Notes: generated by a model from the sequence alone, not told the origin. A stretch of 32,000 nt of DNA from Candidatus Nanoclepta minutus (GCA_003568775.1 MWMI01000003.1:1-32000); one strand, 5' to 3'; shown: positions 9,127-17,761, numbered from the stretch's first letter. Made by a program: numbers and translations.

Positions 9127-9738
9127 ATGGAGTGGTTAGTTCCATTAGAGGAGTATATAAAAGCAGGTGTTCATATAGGAACGAGAATAAAGACTAGGGA
9201 TATGAAGAAATATATAGCAAAGGTAAGGAGGGACGGATTAGCAATAATCGATATAAATAAGACAGACGAAAGGCTGAGGATGGTTACAAGGTTCTTATCT
9301 AGATATGAACCATTAGAGATCTTAGTAGTTGGTAGAAGAGAAACTTCAAAGAGACCTCTACAAATGTTAAACAAATATACGGGAATAATAACTTATCCCG
9401 GTAGGTATCCACCTGGTCTATTAACTAACATAAGCTTATCCAACTTCTCCGATGTAGAGGTTGTAGTTGTTACGGATCCTATACTAGATAAGAACGCGCT
9501 GATAGACGCTTATAGGACTGGAAAGATTATAATAGGATTAGTTGATACTAACAATACTTTAAGATATATAGACCTTGCAATTCCATGTAATAACAGAGGG
9601 GCTAAGTCTTTGGCCCTTATCTATTATCTAATAACTAGGGAATATCTTAGGAATAGGGGAGTAATACCAAAGAAGGGAGAGCTAGATGTAGGTTACATAG
9701 CTTTTGCAGAGACAGAGAAGGAAGAAGAGGAGATATAA
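9127..9738 (+). CDS. rps2: 30S ribosomal protein uS2 (S2)
   Basis: AGVHIGT, DGLAIIDINKT, VVVTDP and LAIPCNNRG, with an acidic C-terminus. Confidence 0.9.
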   Translation: MEWLVPLEEYIKAGVHIGTRIKTRDMKKYIAKVRRDGLAIIDINKTDERLRMVTRFLSRYEPLEILVVGRRETSKRPLQMLNKYTGIITYPGRYPPGLLTNISLSNFSDVEVVVVTDPILDKNALIDAYRTGKIIIGLVDTNNTLRYIDLAIPCNNRGAKSLALIYYLITREYLRNRGVIPKKGELDVGYIAFAETEKEEEEI

Positions 9739-9770
9739 GTTTATATATTTGGATAAGCTAAGGAATTTAT

Positions 9771-10043
9771 ATGGTATTTAAACTTTTTAATTTTCTAAAA
9801 ATAGGAAAAAAGAAGAAAAATAAGAAATCAGAGGAGGTTCCTTTGGATGTAAATCAAAGTATGCAATTTGTTAATAACCCCTATCAGTTCTATCAGAAAG
9901 ATATTCAAGTATATTCTGATATCTCTTATATCCTTCAGGCTTTGAACAGTAAGATAGATGCTTTATCTGCTAAAATAGATAATATTTCACTTAGGTTGAA
10001 TAACTTAGAACAAATGATATATAATATGTTATATAGGAGATAA
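9771..10043 (+). CDS. Hypothetical small protein: basic N-terminus, Q/Y-rich linker, C-terminal coiled coil
   Basis: 90-aa ORF linked by TAATG to the next gene. It resembles a miniature of the 201-aa protein at 16678..17283. Confidence 0.4.
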   Translation: MVFKLFNFLKIGKKKKNKKSEEVPLDVNQSMQFVNNPYQFYQKDIQVYSDISYILQALNSKIDALSAKIDNISLRLNNLEQMIYNMLYRR

Positions 10044-10792
10044 TGGATTTTTTTCAAAAGTACTTTATTGAACCGATAATAAACTTATCGGGATACAACA
10101 TTGTAAATACGCTTTCTTATATTTTAATATATATCCTAGTCTTCTATATCTTTTATAAATATCTAATAAAGACTAAGAGAGTGATTTTAGATGAGTATTT
10201 TTTCTATAATCTGATGCTTTCAACCTATATAGTTTTGACCATAAGAGTTTGTATAGACTTAATGTTCTGTAATAGGATTATATTCTTTTATACCCCTATT
10301 TTACAATTTTGGATACTCCTCTTTTTCTTACCAACTATCTTATTATTTAGAGAGAGGAAAAGGCTTTTCTATCTCTATGTATTTTTATCAGTAGTTTTTA
10401 CATTCCTATTTCTTAAGGGTATACCAAATTATTATATTTTATTACTGATCTTACTATTGATCCCTATAGTATATCTTATAAGAAAAAAGAGATATTATCT
10501 CCTACCGATTTTCTCTCAGTTATTAGATGGACTATTTGGTACGATAGGTTTATTCTTAGGTTTTTTACCAGAACATGTCATTCATAGGGCCATCATTTCC
10601 TCTTATGGTCTGTTAACAGGATCTATAATTTTCCTTTCTATCAAATTTCTAATCTTAATTCTTTTCATCTATGTAGTCAGGAATAGTAATTTAGATGAAG
10701 ATATGAAGGATGTACTATACTTTGCAGTGTTTTACATAGGTTATTTAACGGGATTAAGGAACTCTCTGATAGTTAGTTATTATGAAGTATAG
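10043..10792 (+). CDS. Polytopic integral membrane protein (possibly DUF63-like)
   Basis: 249 aa with about 7 hydrophobic helices. The N-terminal FIEPIINLSGYNIVNTLSY resembles archaeal DUF63 proteins as I recall them; this is unverified. Confidence 0.45.
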   Translation: MDFFQKYFIEPIINLSGYNIVNTLSYILIYILVFYIFYKYLIKTKRVILDEYFFYNLMLSTYIVLTIRVCIDLMFCNRIIFFYTPILQFWILLFFLPTILLFRERKRLFYLYVFLSVVFTFLFLKGIPNYYILLLILLLIPIVYLIRKKRYYLLPIFSQLLDGLFGTIGLFLGFLPEHVIHRAIISSYGLLTGSIIFLSIKFLILILFIYVVRNSNLDEDMKDVLYFAVFYIGYLTGLRNSLIVSYYEV

Positions 10793-11477
10793 GGAAATAT
10801 GGAAAGTTTATAGTAAAGTATTCGATCTTACTACCTTAAACGTACTTGAGGAGCTTAAGGAGGACAAGTTCATTCTTGAGGATTTAAGCATAGTATCTGA
10901 AGGTAAGGAAGCGGTTGTTTGTAGGTCTGGAGATAAGGCAATAAAGATTTACAAGATAATGAACATTAGTTATAAGAGGCAGATAAAGTATTTAGAGGCA
11001 GATCCAAGGATAAGGAGCTTTCCAAAGACACAGGTTGGGGTAATTTATACCTGGGTAAAGAAGGAATTTAAGAACCTTAGGAAGATGTTTAAGAGTCTAA
11101 TTTCCGTACCAGCCCCCTATGTTTATAAGAAAAACGTTTTAGTTATGGAATTTATTGGAGATGAGGAACCTGCCCCACTTCTTCATGAGGTAATAGATAA
11201 ATTGGAGGATAAAGAAAAAGTTTTCTTCGATATAGTTGAGGAATATAGGAAGATATATCATAAAGCAAGGTTGGTTCATGGAGATTTTTCAGAATACAAT
11301 CTATTATATTATAAAGGGAAAATATATGTAATAGACGTTTCTCAATCAATACCAAATTATTCTCCTGCCGCATCTGAATATTTAGAAAAAGATATAGAGA
11401 ATTTGCTATTTATAGGCAATAGACTTGGGGTCAAGCTAGATAAGTTAGAGCTAAAGAGAATGCTTAATATACTTTAG
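10782..11477 (+). CDS. rio1: RIO-type serine protein kinase (Rio1-like, no N-terminal wHTH)
   Basis: SEGKEAVV..A.KIYK (ATP lysine), LVMEFIG, and catalytic LVHGDFSEYNLL followed by VIDVSQS. Confidence 0.8.
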   Translation: MKYREIWKVYSKVFDLTTLNVLEELKEDKFILEDLSIVSEGKEAVVCRSGDKAIKIYKIMNISYKRQIKYLEADPRIRSFPKTQVGVIYTWVKKEFKNLRKMFKSLISVPAPYVYKKNVLVMEFIGDEEPAPLLHEVIDKLEDKEKVFFDIVEEYRKIYHKARLVHGDFSEYNLLYYKGKIYVIDVSQSIPNYSPAASEYLEKDIENLLFIGNRLGVKLDKLELKRMLNIL

Positions 11478-11491
11478 TAATATTTAAGATA

Positions 11492-12574
11492 ATGGATAGT
11501 AAAAGGTTAGAACTTCAACTTCTAATTGAATCACTTGAAAAAATAGAAGGAAGAGGAACCCAACTCATTTCATATTATATACCTGCAGGATACGATTTAG
11601 CTAAAGTATTGGATCATCTTAGCTATGAATATTCGACAGCACAGAATATAAAAGATAAACATACCAGAAAAAACGTTACGGATGCACTAGCAAAGATAAT
11701 AAACTATCTGAAAGGTTTAAAAAAAGTTCCAGAGAACGGTTTAGTTATATTCTGTGGTAATATAGGGGACTATGGAGAGAGTGATATAAAGATGTGGGTC
11801 TTAGAGCCACCTGAGCCCTTACAGATAAGGCTATATAGATGTGATTCAAAGTTCGTTTTAGATCCTCTTAAGGATTATTTAGAACCTAAACAGGTTTACG
11901 GTTTAATAGTTCTAGATAGAGGTGAGGCTACGATTGGTATACTGAAAGGAAATAGAATAATCGTCCTTGAGAATAAGGATTCATGGGTACCTGGAAAGTT
12001 TAGGGATGGTGGTCAGTCTGCCCTAAGGTTCCAGAGGATAATAGAACAAGAAGTACATGAATGGTTAAAGTATCTGGGAGAAAGGGCTAAAGAGCATTTT
12101 GATAAGTATAAAGATAGTTTAGTTGGGATCCTAGTAGGAGGCCCTGGTCCCCTAAAGGAGAAGTTCGTTGAGGGGGAATATTTACCTTATTATTTGAAGG
12201 ATAAGGTGATTAAGATCGTTGATACAGGATATTCAAATGAGTATGGTTTGAAGGAGATGGTAGATAAAGCGAAAGATATACTAGAGAAGGCGGAGTATGT
12301 TAGGGAAGCTAACTTAGTTAGAGATTTTTTAGCTCTCATTAGTAAAGGATCTAACCTTGTTGTATATGGAGAAAACGATGTAAAAAGAGCCTTAGAGTAT
12401 GGAGCAGCGGAAAAAGTCTTAATATCCGAGAAGATGAGGGATAAAATTTCTGAAATTTTGGAGATAGCTAAGAAGTCTGGGGCGGAAGTTGAAGTAATCT
12501 CTATGGATCATCCTGAAGGAGAACAGTTCAGTAACTTTGGCATAGCGGCCTTTCTAAGGTTTCCAATATACTAA
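11492..12574 (+). CDS. prf1: Peptide chain release factor aRF1
   Basis: GGQS motif (RDGGQSALRF), YxCxxxF (YRCDSKF), a NIKS-position motif reading NIKD, and a GTS position reading GTQ; 360 aa. Confidence 0.9.
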   Translation: MDSKRLELQLLIESLEKIEGRGTQLISYYIPAGYDLAKVLDHLSYEYSTAQNIKDKHTRKNVTDALAKIINYLKGLKKVPENGLVIFCGNIGDYGESDIKMWVLEPPEPLQIRLYRCDSKFVLDPLKDYLEPKQVYGLIVLDRGEATIGILKGNRIIVLENKDSWVPGKFRDGGQSALRFQRIIEQEVHEWLKYLGERAKEHFDKYKDSLVGILVGGPGPLKEKFVEGEYLPYYLKDKVIKIVDTGYSNEYGLKEMVDKAKDILEKAEYVREANLVRDFLALISKGSNLVVYGENDVKRALEYGAAEKVLISEKMRDKISEILEIAKKSGAEVEVISMDHPEGEQFSNFGIAAFLRFPIY

Positions 12575-12575
12575 C

Positions 12576-13826
12576 ATGTTCGAAGATATCTTAAAAAAGA
12601 TAAAGCCCTCAGAAGAGGAAAGGAAGAGAGTTTATGAGATAATAAGAGAAATAGTTGAAAGATTAGAGAAGAGGGGATTGGAGGTATTTTTGGGTGGATC
12701 TTTTGCTAAGGATACATGGATTTCTAATAACTATGATATAGATCTGTTCATCCTGTTTAGAGATGGCGAAGGTATTTCTAAGAAGATAGAAGAAACATTA
12801 AAAGAAGAAAAAATGGATTATGCAAAAGTTAGAGGATCAAGAGACTACTTTAAAGTTTTCTATAGGGGTATGGAATTTGAATTAGTTCCAGCTTTGAAGA
12901 TAGGTAAAGTTGAGGATGCAGAGAATGTTATAGACTTATCTCCCTTTCATGTTAGTTATGTAAGATCTAAAATAGAGGGGACTAACCTAGCTGATGAGAT
13001 AAGGTTGCTGAAGGTCTTTATGAAGAACATCGGAACCTATGGTGCAGAATCATATGTAAGGGGGTTCTCGGGCTATGCAACGGAATTGCTCATATTATAC
13101 TATAAGTCTTTCTATAATTTGATCTTAAATACCCAAGATTGGAGACCAAAAGTCTTTTTAGATATAGAAGGATACTATAACGATATAAGAAAAGCAATAA
13201 ACGTTATGGGAAAGGACAAAACAAAGTCTCCTATAATAATTGTGGATCCAGTTTATCCTGTGAGGAATGCTACTTCCTCAGTTTCTGTGCATAAGTTTGC
13301 AGAATTTATATACTATTCAAGGATCTTATTAGAGGAGATGAGGAACGGTTTGGATGTTAGTAAATATTTTGAAATTAAGAAGAAAGTGGACATAAGTAAA
13401 TACCTTGAATATGCTAAAAGGTATGGAGCAAATTTGTTATATATAGAAATAGAGGGTAAAGGAGGGAGTAAGGATATAAAGAACACTAAGGCCTTGAAGT
13501 TCTTTAAAAGGTTAGTAAAGGAGCTAGAAGTTAATAATTTCCCTATATTGAGGAAGTTCGTTATTTTTGATGAGAAAGTTATCGGTATAATATATGTTTA
13601 TCTTGATAAATTATTAGAATATAGAAAAAAGGAAGGACCTTTAGTTTGGGATAAGGAAAGTTTTGAAAAGTTCTTGAAGAAACATAGGAATGAAGAAGTT
13701 TTCGTAGAAGAAGATGGTAGGGTTTATGCTATAATAAATAAAAAGGTAAAATCAGAAGAGATTTTAGAAGATATGCGTAATAAGTACTCAAATAGTATAG
13801 AAAAATTTTATTTCAAATTATATTAG
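12576..13826 (+). CDS. cca: CCA-adding enzyme (archaeal class I tRNA nucleotidyltransferase)
   Basis: LGGSFAKDTWISNNYDIDLFILF (GS...DxD catalytic site) and LSPFHVSYV; 416 aa. All three tRNA genes in the window lack an encoded CCA. Confidence 0.85.
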   Translation: MFEDILKKIKPSEEERKRVYEIIREIVERLEKRGLEVFLGGSFAKDTWISNNYDIDLFILFRDGEGISKKIEETLKEEKMDYAKVRGSRDYFKVFYRGMEFELVPALKIGKVEDAENVIDLSPFHVSYVRSKIEGTNLADEIRLLKVFMKNIGTYGAESYVRGFSGYATELLILYYKSFYNLILNTQDWRPKVFLDIEGYYNDIRKAINVMGKDKTKSPIIIVDPVYPVRNATSSVSVHKFAEFIYYSRILLEEMRNGLDVSKYFEIKKKVDISKYLEYAKRYGANLLYIEIEGKGGSKDIKNTKALKFFKRLVKELEVNNFPILRKFVIFDEKVIGIIYVYLDKLLEYRKKEGPLVWDKESFEKFLKKHRNEEVFVEEDGRVYAIINKKVKSEEILEDMRNKYSNSIEKFYFKLY

Positions 13827-14534
13827 ATGGGGAATGTCTCTACAGGGGTTATCCCTATAGATAAACTCCTTGATGGGGGGTTAGAAGATGATATAATAAC
13901 CGCCATTTATGGACCATCTTCCTCCGGAAAAACAAATATTGCAATAATATCTGCGATAAACATAATTCTATCAGGAAAAAAAGCAATTTACATGGATACT
14001 GAAGGGGGGTTATCATTTGAGAGAATAAGACAAATAGCTAAAAATAAGTTTGATGATGTCTTAAAAAATATTTATCTCTTTCAACCAGTAAATTTTCAGG
14101 AACAGAAGAGGGATATTTACAATATATATAAACATGTAAAGGAGAGAAAGGAGGAAATAGGGATAATTATAATAGATTCTATATCTATGCTTTATAGGTT
14201 GGAAAGGGGAGATCAGGAAGTTAGGGAAGTTAATATGGAGCTGGCTAAACAACTTCAGATATTAGCAGAAATTGCAAGAAGATATAAGATACCAGTTTTA
14301 GTAACAAACCAAGTTTATTCACCATTTGATGAGAGAGAAAAAATTGAAATTGTCGGTGGAGATCTAATAAGATATTGGTCAAAGTGCTTGATAGAATTAA
14401 GGGTTATTGGGGAAGGTGTAAGGGTTGCCTTATTGAGGAAGCATAGACATTTACCTGAAGGTAGAAGTGTAAAGTTTATTATAACAAACGATGGAATAGA
14501 AGAATATAAAGAAGAAAAAGAAGAATTATTTTAA
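13827..14534 (+). CDS. radB: RadB-type RecA-family recombination/repair protein
   Basis: IDKLLDGGLE..IT.IYGPSSSGKTN (Walker A), YMDTEGGLSFERIRQIA and IIIDSI (Walker B); 235 aa with no N-terminal HhH domain. Confidence 0.75.
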   Translation: MGNVSTGVIPIDKLLDGGLEDDIITAIYGPSSSGKTNIAIISAINIILSGKKAIYMDTEGGLSFERIRQIAKNKFDDVLKNIYLFQPVNFQEQKRDIYNIYKHVKERKEEIGIIIIDSISMLYRLERGDQEVREVNMELAKQLQILAEIARRYKIPVLVTNQVYSPFDEREKIEIVGGDLIRYWSKCLIELRVIGEGVRVALLRKHRHLPEGRSVKFIITNDGIEEYKEEKEELF

Positions 14535-14918
14535 CCTTTTTAGTATATCTTCTGCTTCTTCTTCCGTTAGTTTATGAGTTTTCCATAAAAATATTTCTTC
14601 TCCTCCATATCTAGGAACGATATGGATATGAACATGTTCTATCTCTTGTCCTGCTATTTTTCCACAGTTATTGATTATATTATAGTTCTTACTCAATTTT
14701 TCTTCAACAATATTTAATACTCTCTTAAGGCTTTTCATTAATTCGGCTAGTTCTCCATCTGGGATTTCAGAGAGCGTTTTATAGTGTTTCTTAGGAACGA
14801 ATAGGATATGCCCCCTTGATAAGGGGTTTATATCTAGGAATGCTATTGAAATGTCGTCCTCATATATTAAATAGGATTTTATTTCTTTTTTAGCAATTTT
14901 ACAGAATATACAGTTCAT
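14526..14918 (-). CDS. HIT-family nucleotide hydrolase/transferase
   Basis: CIFCKI, GHILFVPKKH and the histidine triad HVHIHIVPR. Confidence 0.85.
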   Translation of the reverse strand: MNCIFCKIAKKEIKSYLIYEDDISIAFLDINPLSRGHILFVPKKHYKTLSEIPDGELAELMKSLKRVLNIVEEKLSKNYNIINNCGKIAGQEIEHVHIHIVPRYGGEEIFLWKTHKLTEEEAEDILKRLK

Positions 14919-15427
14919 TTAGTAGTTTTTATTTTTTCTCTTGTTTTTTCAGGCTTTTTTATACTATTTAATATATCTATTAACTTTTCTTTCAGTTCTT
15001 TTAATTGTAACTTTTTGTAGTTTTCTTTTTCAACTAATATACTACCACATTCTTTACATTGAAAATTATTTTCATATGCAGAATCAGTATCATAGCTTAT
15101 TCCACATTCTAAGCAATAATAAATAGTATCTGGCATATTTTCCAACTCTGTATCAATCTCTGCTATTTCTTTATTAATTATTATTTCATAAACTTTTTTG
15201 ATATCTGTTATTTTTACCTTCCATTTAAAATCAAGCTTTCCTTCTTTTAATGTAAATGCACCTATAGGAGCGACTATTCCTAATTCCTCCAATTTATATA
15301 ATATCTTCCTTATTTCGTTTTCCTTTACCTTAATAGACTTCTTAATAGACTTCTCGCTTATTTCGTTATTGCTTACTATAGACTCTATTATCTTTTGTGT
15401 TGTGGGCTGGAGGATCCAGGTAGACAT
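14915..15427 (-). CDS. tfe: Transcription factor E alpha (TFE): winged helix plus zinc ribbon
   Basis: The N-terminal wHTH is EIRKILYKLEELGIV and the zinc ribbon is YYCLECG...FQCKECG. The ORF track starts at 15472. I prefer the ATG at 15427 because a perfect TATA box (TTTATAAATA) lies 24-33 nt upstream of it. Confidence 0.7.
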   Translation of the reverse strand: MSTWILQPTTQKIIESIVSNNEISEKSIKKSIKVKENEIRKILYKLEELGIVAPIGAFTLKEGKLDFKWKVKITDIKKVYEIIINKEIAEIDTELENMPDTIYYCLECGISYDTDSAYENNFQCKECGSILVEKENYKKLQLKELKEKLIDILNSIKKPEKTREKIKTTK

Positions 15428-15450
15428 AGGATATATATAAGAGATTTCTG

Positions 15451-15460
15451 TATTTATAAA
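15451..15460 (-). promoter_or_regulatory. TATA box TTTATAAATA for tfe (leaderless spacing to ATG 15427)
   Basis: The minus strand reads CCTTTATAAATACAGAAATCTCTTATATATATCCTATG. The distance fits an archaeal TATA-to-TSS interval. Confidence 0.4.
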
Positions 15461-15499
15461 GGTTTTCCTCATTATTTATCATTATTGTTTTCATCTTTT

Positions 15500-15578
15500 G
15501 TTAATCCTTGTTAACTAAGCGTTAAAGGAAAATATTTTTAAGTTTTCCTTAGGTTAAGGATCTTTAACATGATGTTAA
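15500..15578. repeat. Phased GTTAA/TTAAC motif array with nested inverted repeats in the tatD-tfe intergenic gap
   Basis: GTTAA occurs at 15500, 15510, 15521, 15553 and 15574, giving spacings of 10, 11, 32 and 21. TTAAC occurs at 15511 and 15564. An 8-bp inverted repeat AAGGAAAA(15525-15532)/TTTTCCTT(15543-15550) is flanked by ATCCTT(15504-15509)/AAGGAT(15556-15561). Confidence 0.5.
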
Positions 15579-15579
15579 A

Positions 15580-16308
15580 CTATCTGTGATATAGGAAGCT
15601 TGAAGCGTTTCTTTTTATTATGCTGTATAGAAAGGACTCAGGAACCTTCTTTATATCAGATATCAACTTATATAACTCATTTAGTTTTTTCGGATGGAGT
15701 AAGTTCCCTCTGTAAATGTATGGTCCATCGGACTCCGTTAATATATTATTTACGTTAACTTCTTCTATAATTTTTCTATGTTTTTCTTGAATTAAAGCAG
15801 CTACGTTAATTCCAATAAAATATCCGGATCCCTCAATTTCTTTTAAGAGATCTATAGGTCCAGTATACCAGTGGAAATATGCAGATTTAATATCATTCTT
15901 AATTAATATATTGAAACATTCTTTCCAGGCATTTGGAGAATGAAGGTTTATGCTTAGATCATACTCTTTTGCTATATTGATAAAGAAATCAAATATTTCT
16001 TTTTGTTTATCGAAGGTTTCTGGATGAAATTTTAGATCTAGTCCGATTTCTCCAATTATCCTTATATTATTTTCTTCTATAAGTTTCTTTATATACTCAA
16101 GATCGCTGCTTTTAATGTTTTTTATGTTCCATGGGTGTATTCCTACGCATGGTATAACCTCTTCAAACTTTAAGCTGAGCTTTATATTTTCTAGAGAAGA
16201 CCTTAAATCTTCTGCTACTGAAATAAAGGTATATTTCTTTTCTCTTATTAAACTCATTAACTCATTTTCAGAAAATTCCGTTAAGTGTATATGGGCGTCT
16301 ATATACAT
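15580..16308 (-). CDS. TatD-family metal-dependent hydrolase/DNase (second paralogue)
   Basis: MYIDAHIHL, GEIGLDLKF, LHSPNA and LTESDGPY; last gene of the minus-strand operon that starts at 17675. Confidence 0.8.
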   Translation of the reverse strand: MYIDAHIHLTEFSENELMSLIREKKYTFISVAEDLRSSLENIKLSLKFEEVIPCVGIHPWNIKNIKSSDLEYIKKLIEENNIRIIGEIGLDLKFHPETFDKQKEIFDFFINIAKEYDLSINLHSPNAWKECFNILIKNDIKSAYFHWYTGPIDLLKEIEGSGYFIGINVAALIQEKHRKIIEEVNVNNILTESDGPYIYRGNLLHPKKLNELYKLISDIKKVPESFLYSIIKRNASSFLYHR

Positions 16309-16310
16309 TA

Positions 16311-16667
16311 TTAAGTTTCATTAACTATAGATACCTTTTTTATACTGCAGTTATTAAATAGTTCTATCTCCACAATGCCCTTATCTATACAAGGATTTAG
16401 ATTAGATTCTACATAACAGGAGATGTTTGGATAAGTCCAATATTTTCCGGTTATTGTATCTCTATCAGAAAGACAGCTTCCCGTAAGATCATATGTATTG
16501 TTTAAGCTTAGACATAGAGCATTACATAGGTTTTTAGCATACTCTACATATGAGAAGACTTCCTTTTGAAAGTTTTCATTAGTATTCTCCCTATTTATAA
16601 CTGGAAAAAAGATTAGAAGCGATACTATAGATAGAATTAAAACTAATAGTATAATCAGCCTTTTCAT
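16311..16667 (-). CDS. Hypothetical secreted/anchored Cys-rich protein
   Basis: 118 aa. The N-terminal MKRLIILLVLILSIVSLLIFF is a signal or anchor. It has 7 Cys and several NxS/T sequons, and I recognise no family. Confidence 0.5.
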   Translation of the reverse strand: MKRLIILLVLILSIVSLLIFFPVINRENTNENFQKEVFSYVEYAKNLCNALCLSLNNTYDLTGSCLSDRDTITGKYWTYPNISCYVESNLNPCIDKGIVEIELFNNCSIKKVSIVNET

Positions 16668-16677
16668 AAAAAATATT

Positions 16678-17283
16678 TTATGGTCTTTTTAGCTGATCTC
16701 TTATTTGTTTTATTTCTTCAATAGTTTCCTTTAGTTCCTTTGTAGATTCAGAAATTGCAGGAATCATCGTTCTTATTAATCTATGCAAAGCTTCTACCTC
16801 TACAGTGGCTTCTTTTATACCTTTATCGTATTCTTCTACTTTCTTTGCTAAGATATCATATAAGTTGTTTATTCTGCTATCTAGGCTATTTATCTTTTCA
16901 TTAATCTTTGAGATCTCTAATTCTAGCTTCTCCTTCCAAACTTTTAACTCAGAAATCATGTTCTCAAAGTTTCCAAGTTTATCCTCTATAGCTTCCTCTA
17001 TCAATCCATTAATATAAGACTCCCATTCTTCTTGCCTATATTCTTGTGGCTGGCTTTGTTGGAAATAGGGTTGTTGCGTGATCTGTTGAGGAGGTAAGGG
17101 ATAGTACTGCTGCGTATACCTTATATCTGGTTGTATAGTCTGCTCGGGCGGTCTAGTACTTTCATAGAATGGTGGGGGCTGCAAATAATTATAATTACTT
17201 TGATTCTCTATTCTATATCCGAACTCTTCTTCTTTTTCATCTTCCTCTTTTATCTTTTTTATCTTCTTGAATGGATTTATCAT
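16678..17283 (-). CDS. Hypothetical protein: basic N-terminus, P/Q/Y-rich low-complexity segment, long C-terminal coiled coil
   Basis: 201 aa. The low-complexity segment is YNYLQPPPFYESTRPPEQTIQPDIRYTQQYYPLPPQQITQQPYFQQSQPQEY, followed by heptad-rich sequence (LELEISKINEKINSLDSRINNLYDIL...). Confidence 0.5.
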   Translation of the reverse strand: MINPFKKIKKIKEEDEKEEEFGYRIENQSNYNYLQPPPFYESTRPPEQTIQPDIRYTQQYYPLPPQQITQQPYFQQSQPQEYRQEEWESYINGLIEEAIEDKLGNFENMISELKVWKEKLELEISKINEKINSLDSRINNLYDILAKKVEEYDKGIKEATVEVEALHRLIRTMIPAISESTKELKETIEEIKQIRDQLKRP

Positions 17284-17288
17284 TTTTA

Positions 17289-17675
17289 TTAATATGTTTG
17301 ATCTTCTTTATATACTTTTATCTTATCACCCTTAGAGCCCAATATCTCCTTAATTTTCTTCTCTATCAGCCTCTCGGCCTCTTTTTTTGTTAAATAAGAG
17401 AAAGGGTCTATTATATCTATATACTTTTCTAGAGATTTTACTTTTTCTATTGTAGCAAATAATGGCATCTGATCCTGAATTGCCCTTATTTTAATTTTTA
17501 TGTCTTCTAATTGCTGTTTTATGCTTTTTAAGTCTTCATCTATTTTCTTTAATTTTTCTTCAATGATTTTTGTTTCATATTCACTTGTATTTCTTATAGA
17601 CTCAACTATATTTTCTACTACAGATAACCTGTTCTCTAAAACCTTTAGGCTCTTTTCGGTATAGGAATCTATCAT
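17289..17675 (-). CDS. Hypothetical coiled-coil protein
   Basis: 128 aa, heptad-rich (LENRLSVVENIVESI, IDEDLKSIKQQLEDIKIKIRAIQDQ). It is the first gene of the operon divergent from the ATPase. Confidence 0.5.
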   Translation of the reverse strand: MIDSYTEKSLKVLENRLSVVENIVESIRNTSEYETKIIEEKLKKIDEDLKSIKQQLEDIKIKIRAIQDQMPLFATIEKVKSLEKYIDIIDPFSYLTKKEAERLIEKKIKEILGSKGDKIKVYKEDQTY

Positions 17676-17761
17676 AAATAGATAATTTGTCCTTCTAATA
17701 ATATAAACCCCAAATAGCTGTTTATTCTTTAATAAGGTAGAAAATACAAAAGATATATATC

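Noticed and set aside
11492-12574. aRF1 with NIKD instead of NIKS and GTQ instead of GTS, as a possible sign of stop-codon reassignment
   Set aside because: TAA (uL4, uL2, aRF1), TAG (rpoN, Alba, dcd) and TGA (rfcS, rfcL, eS17, aIF2-gamma) all terminate conserved genes at the expected lengths in this window. A genetic-code change is therefore not supported. It remains worth checking in an aRF1 alignment.
13827-14534. RecA-fold ATPase as ArlH/FlaH, the missing archaellum component
   Set aside because: The sequence pattern (GGLE..IT.IYGPSSSGKTN, YMDTEGGLSFERI) is that of RadB. The gene also sits in a translation/repair gene array, not next to the ATPase/platform pair.
15500-15575. H/ACA-type guide RNA formed by the nested hairpin followed by ACA (minus strand ...AAGGATTAACAAAAG)
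   Set aside because: The internal loop is very asymmetric (5 versus 15 nt). ACA lies about 23 nt from the upper stem rather than about 14-16 nt. No K-turn or K-loop (GA pairs) is present in the upper stem.
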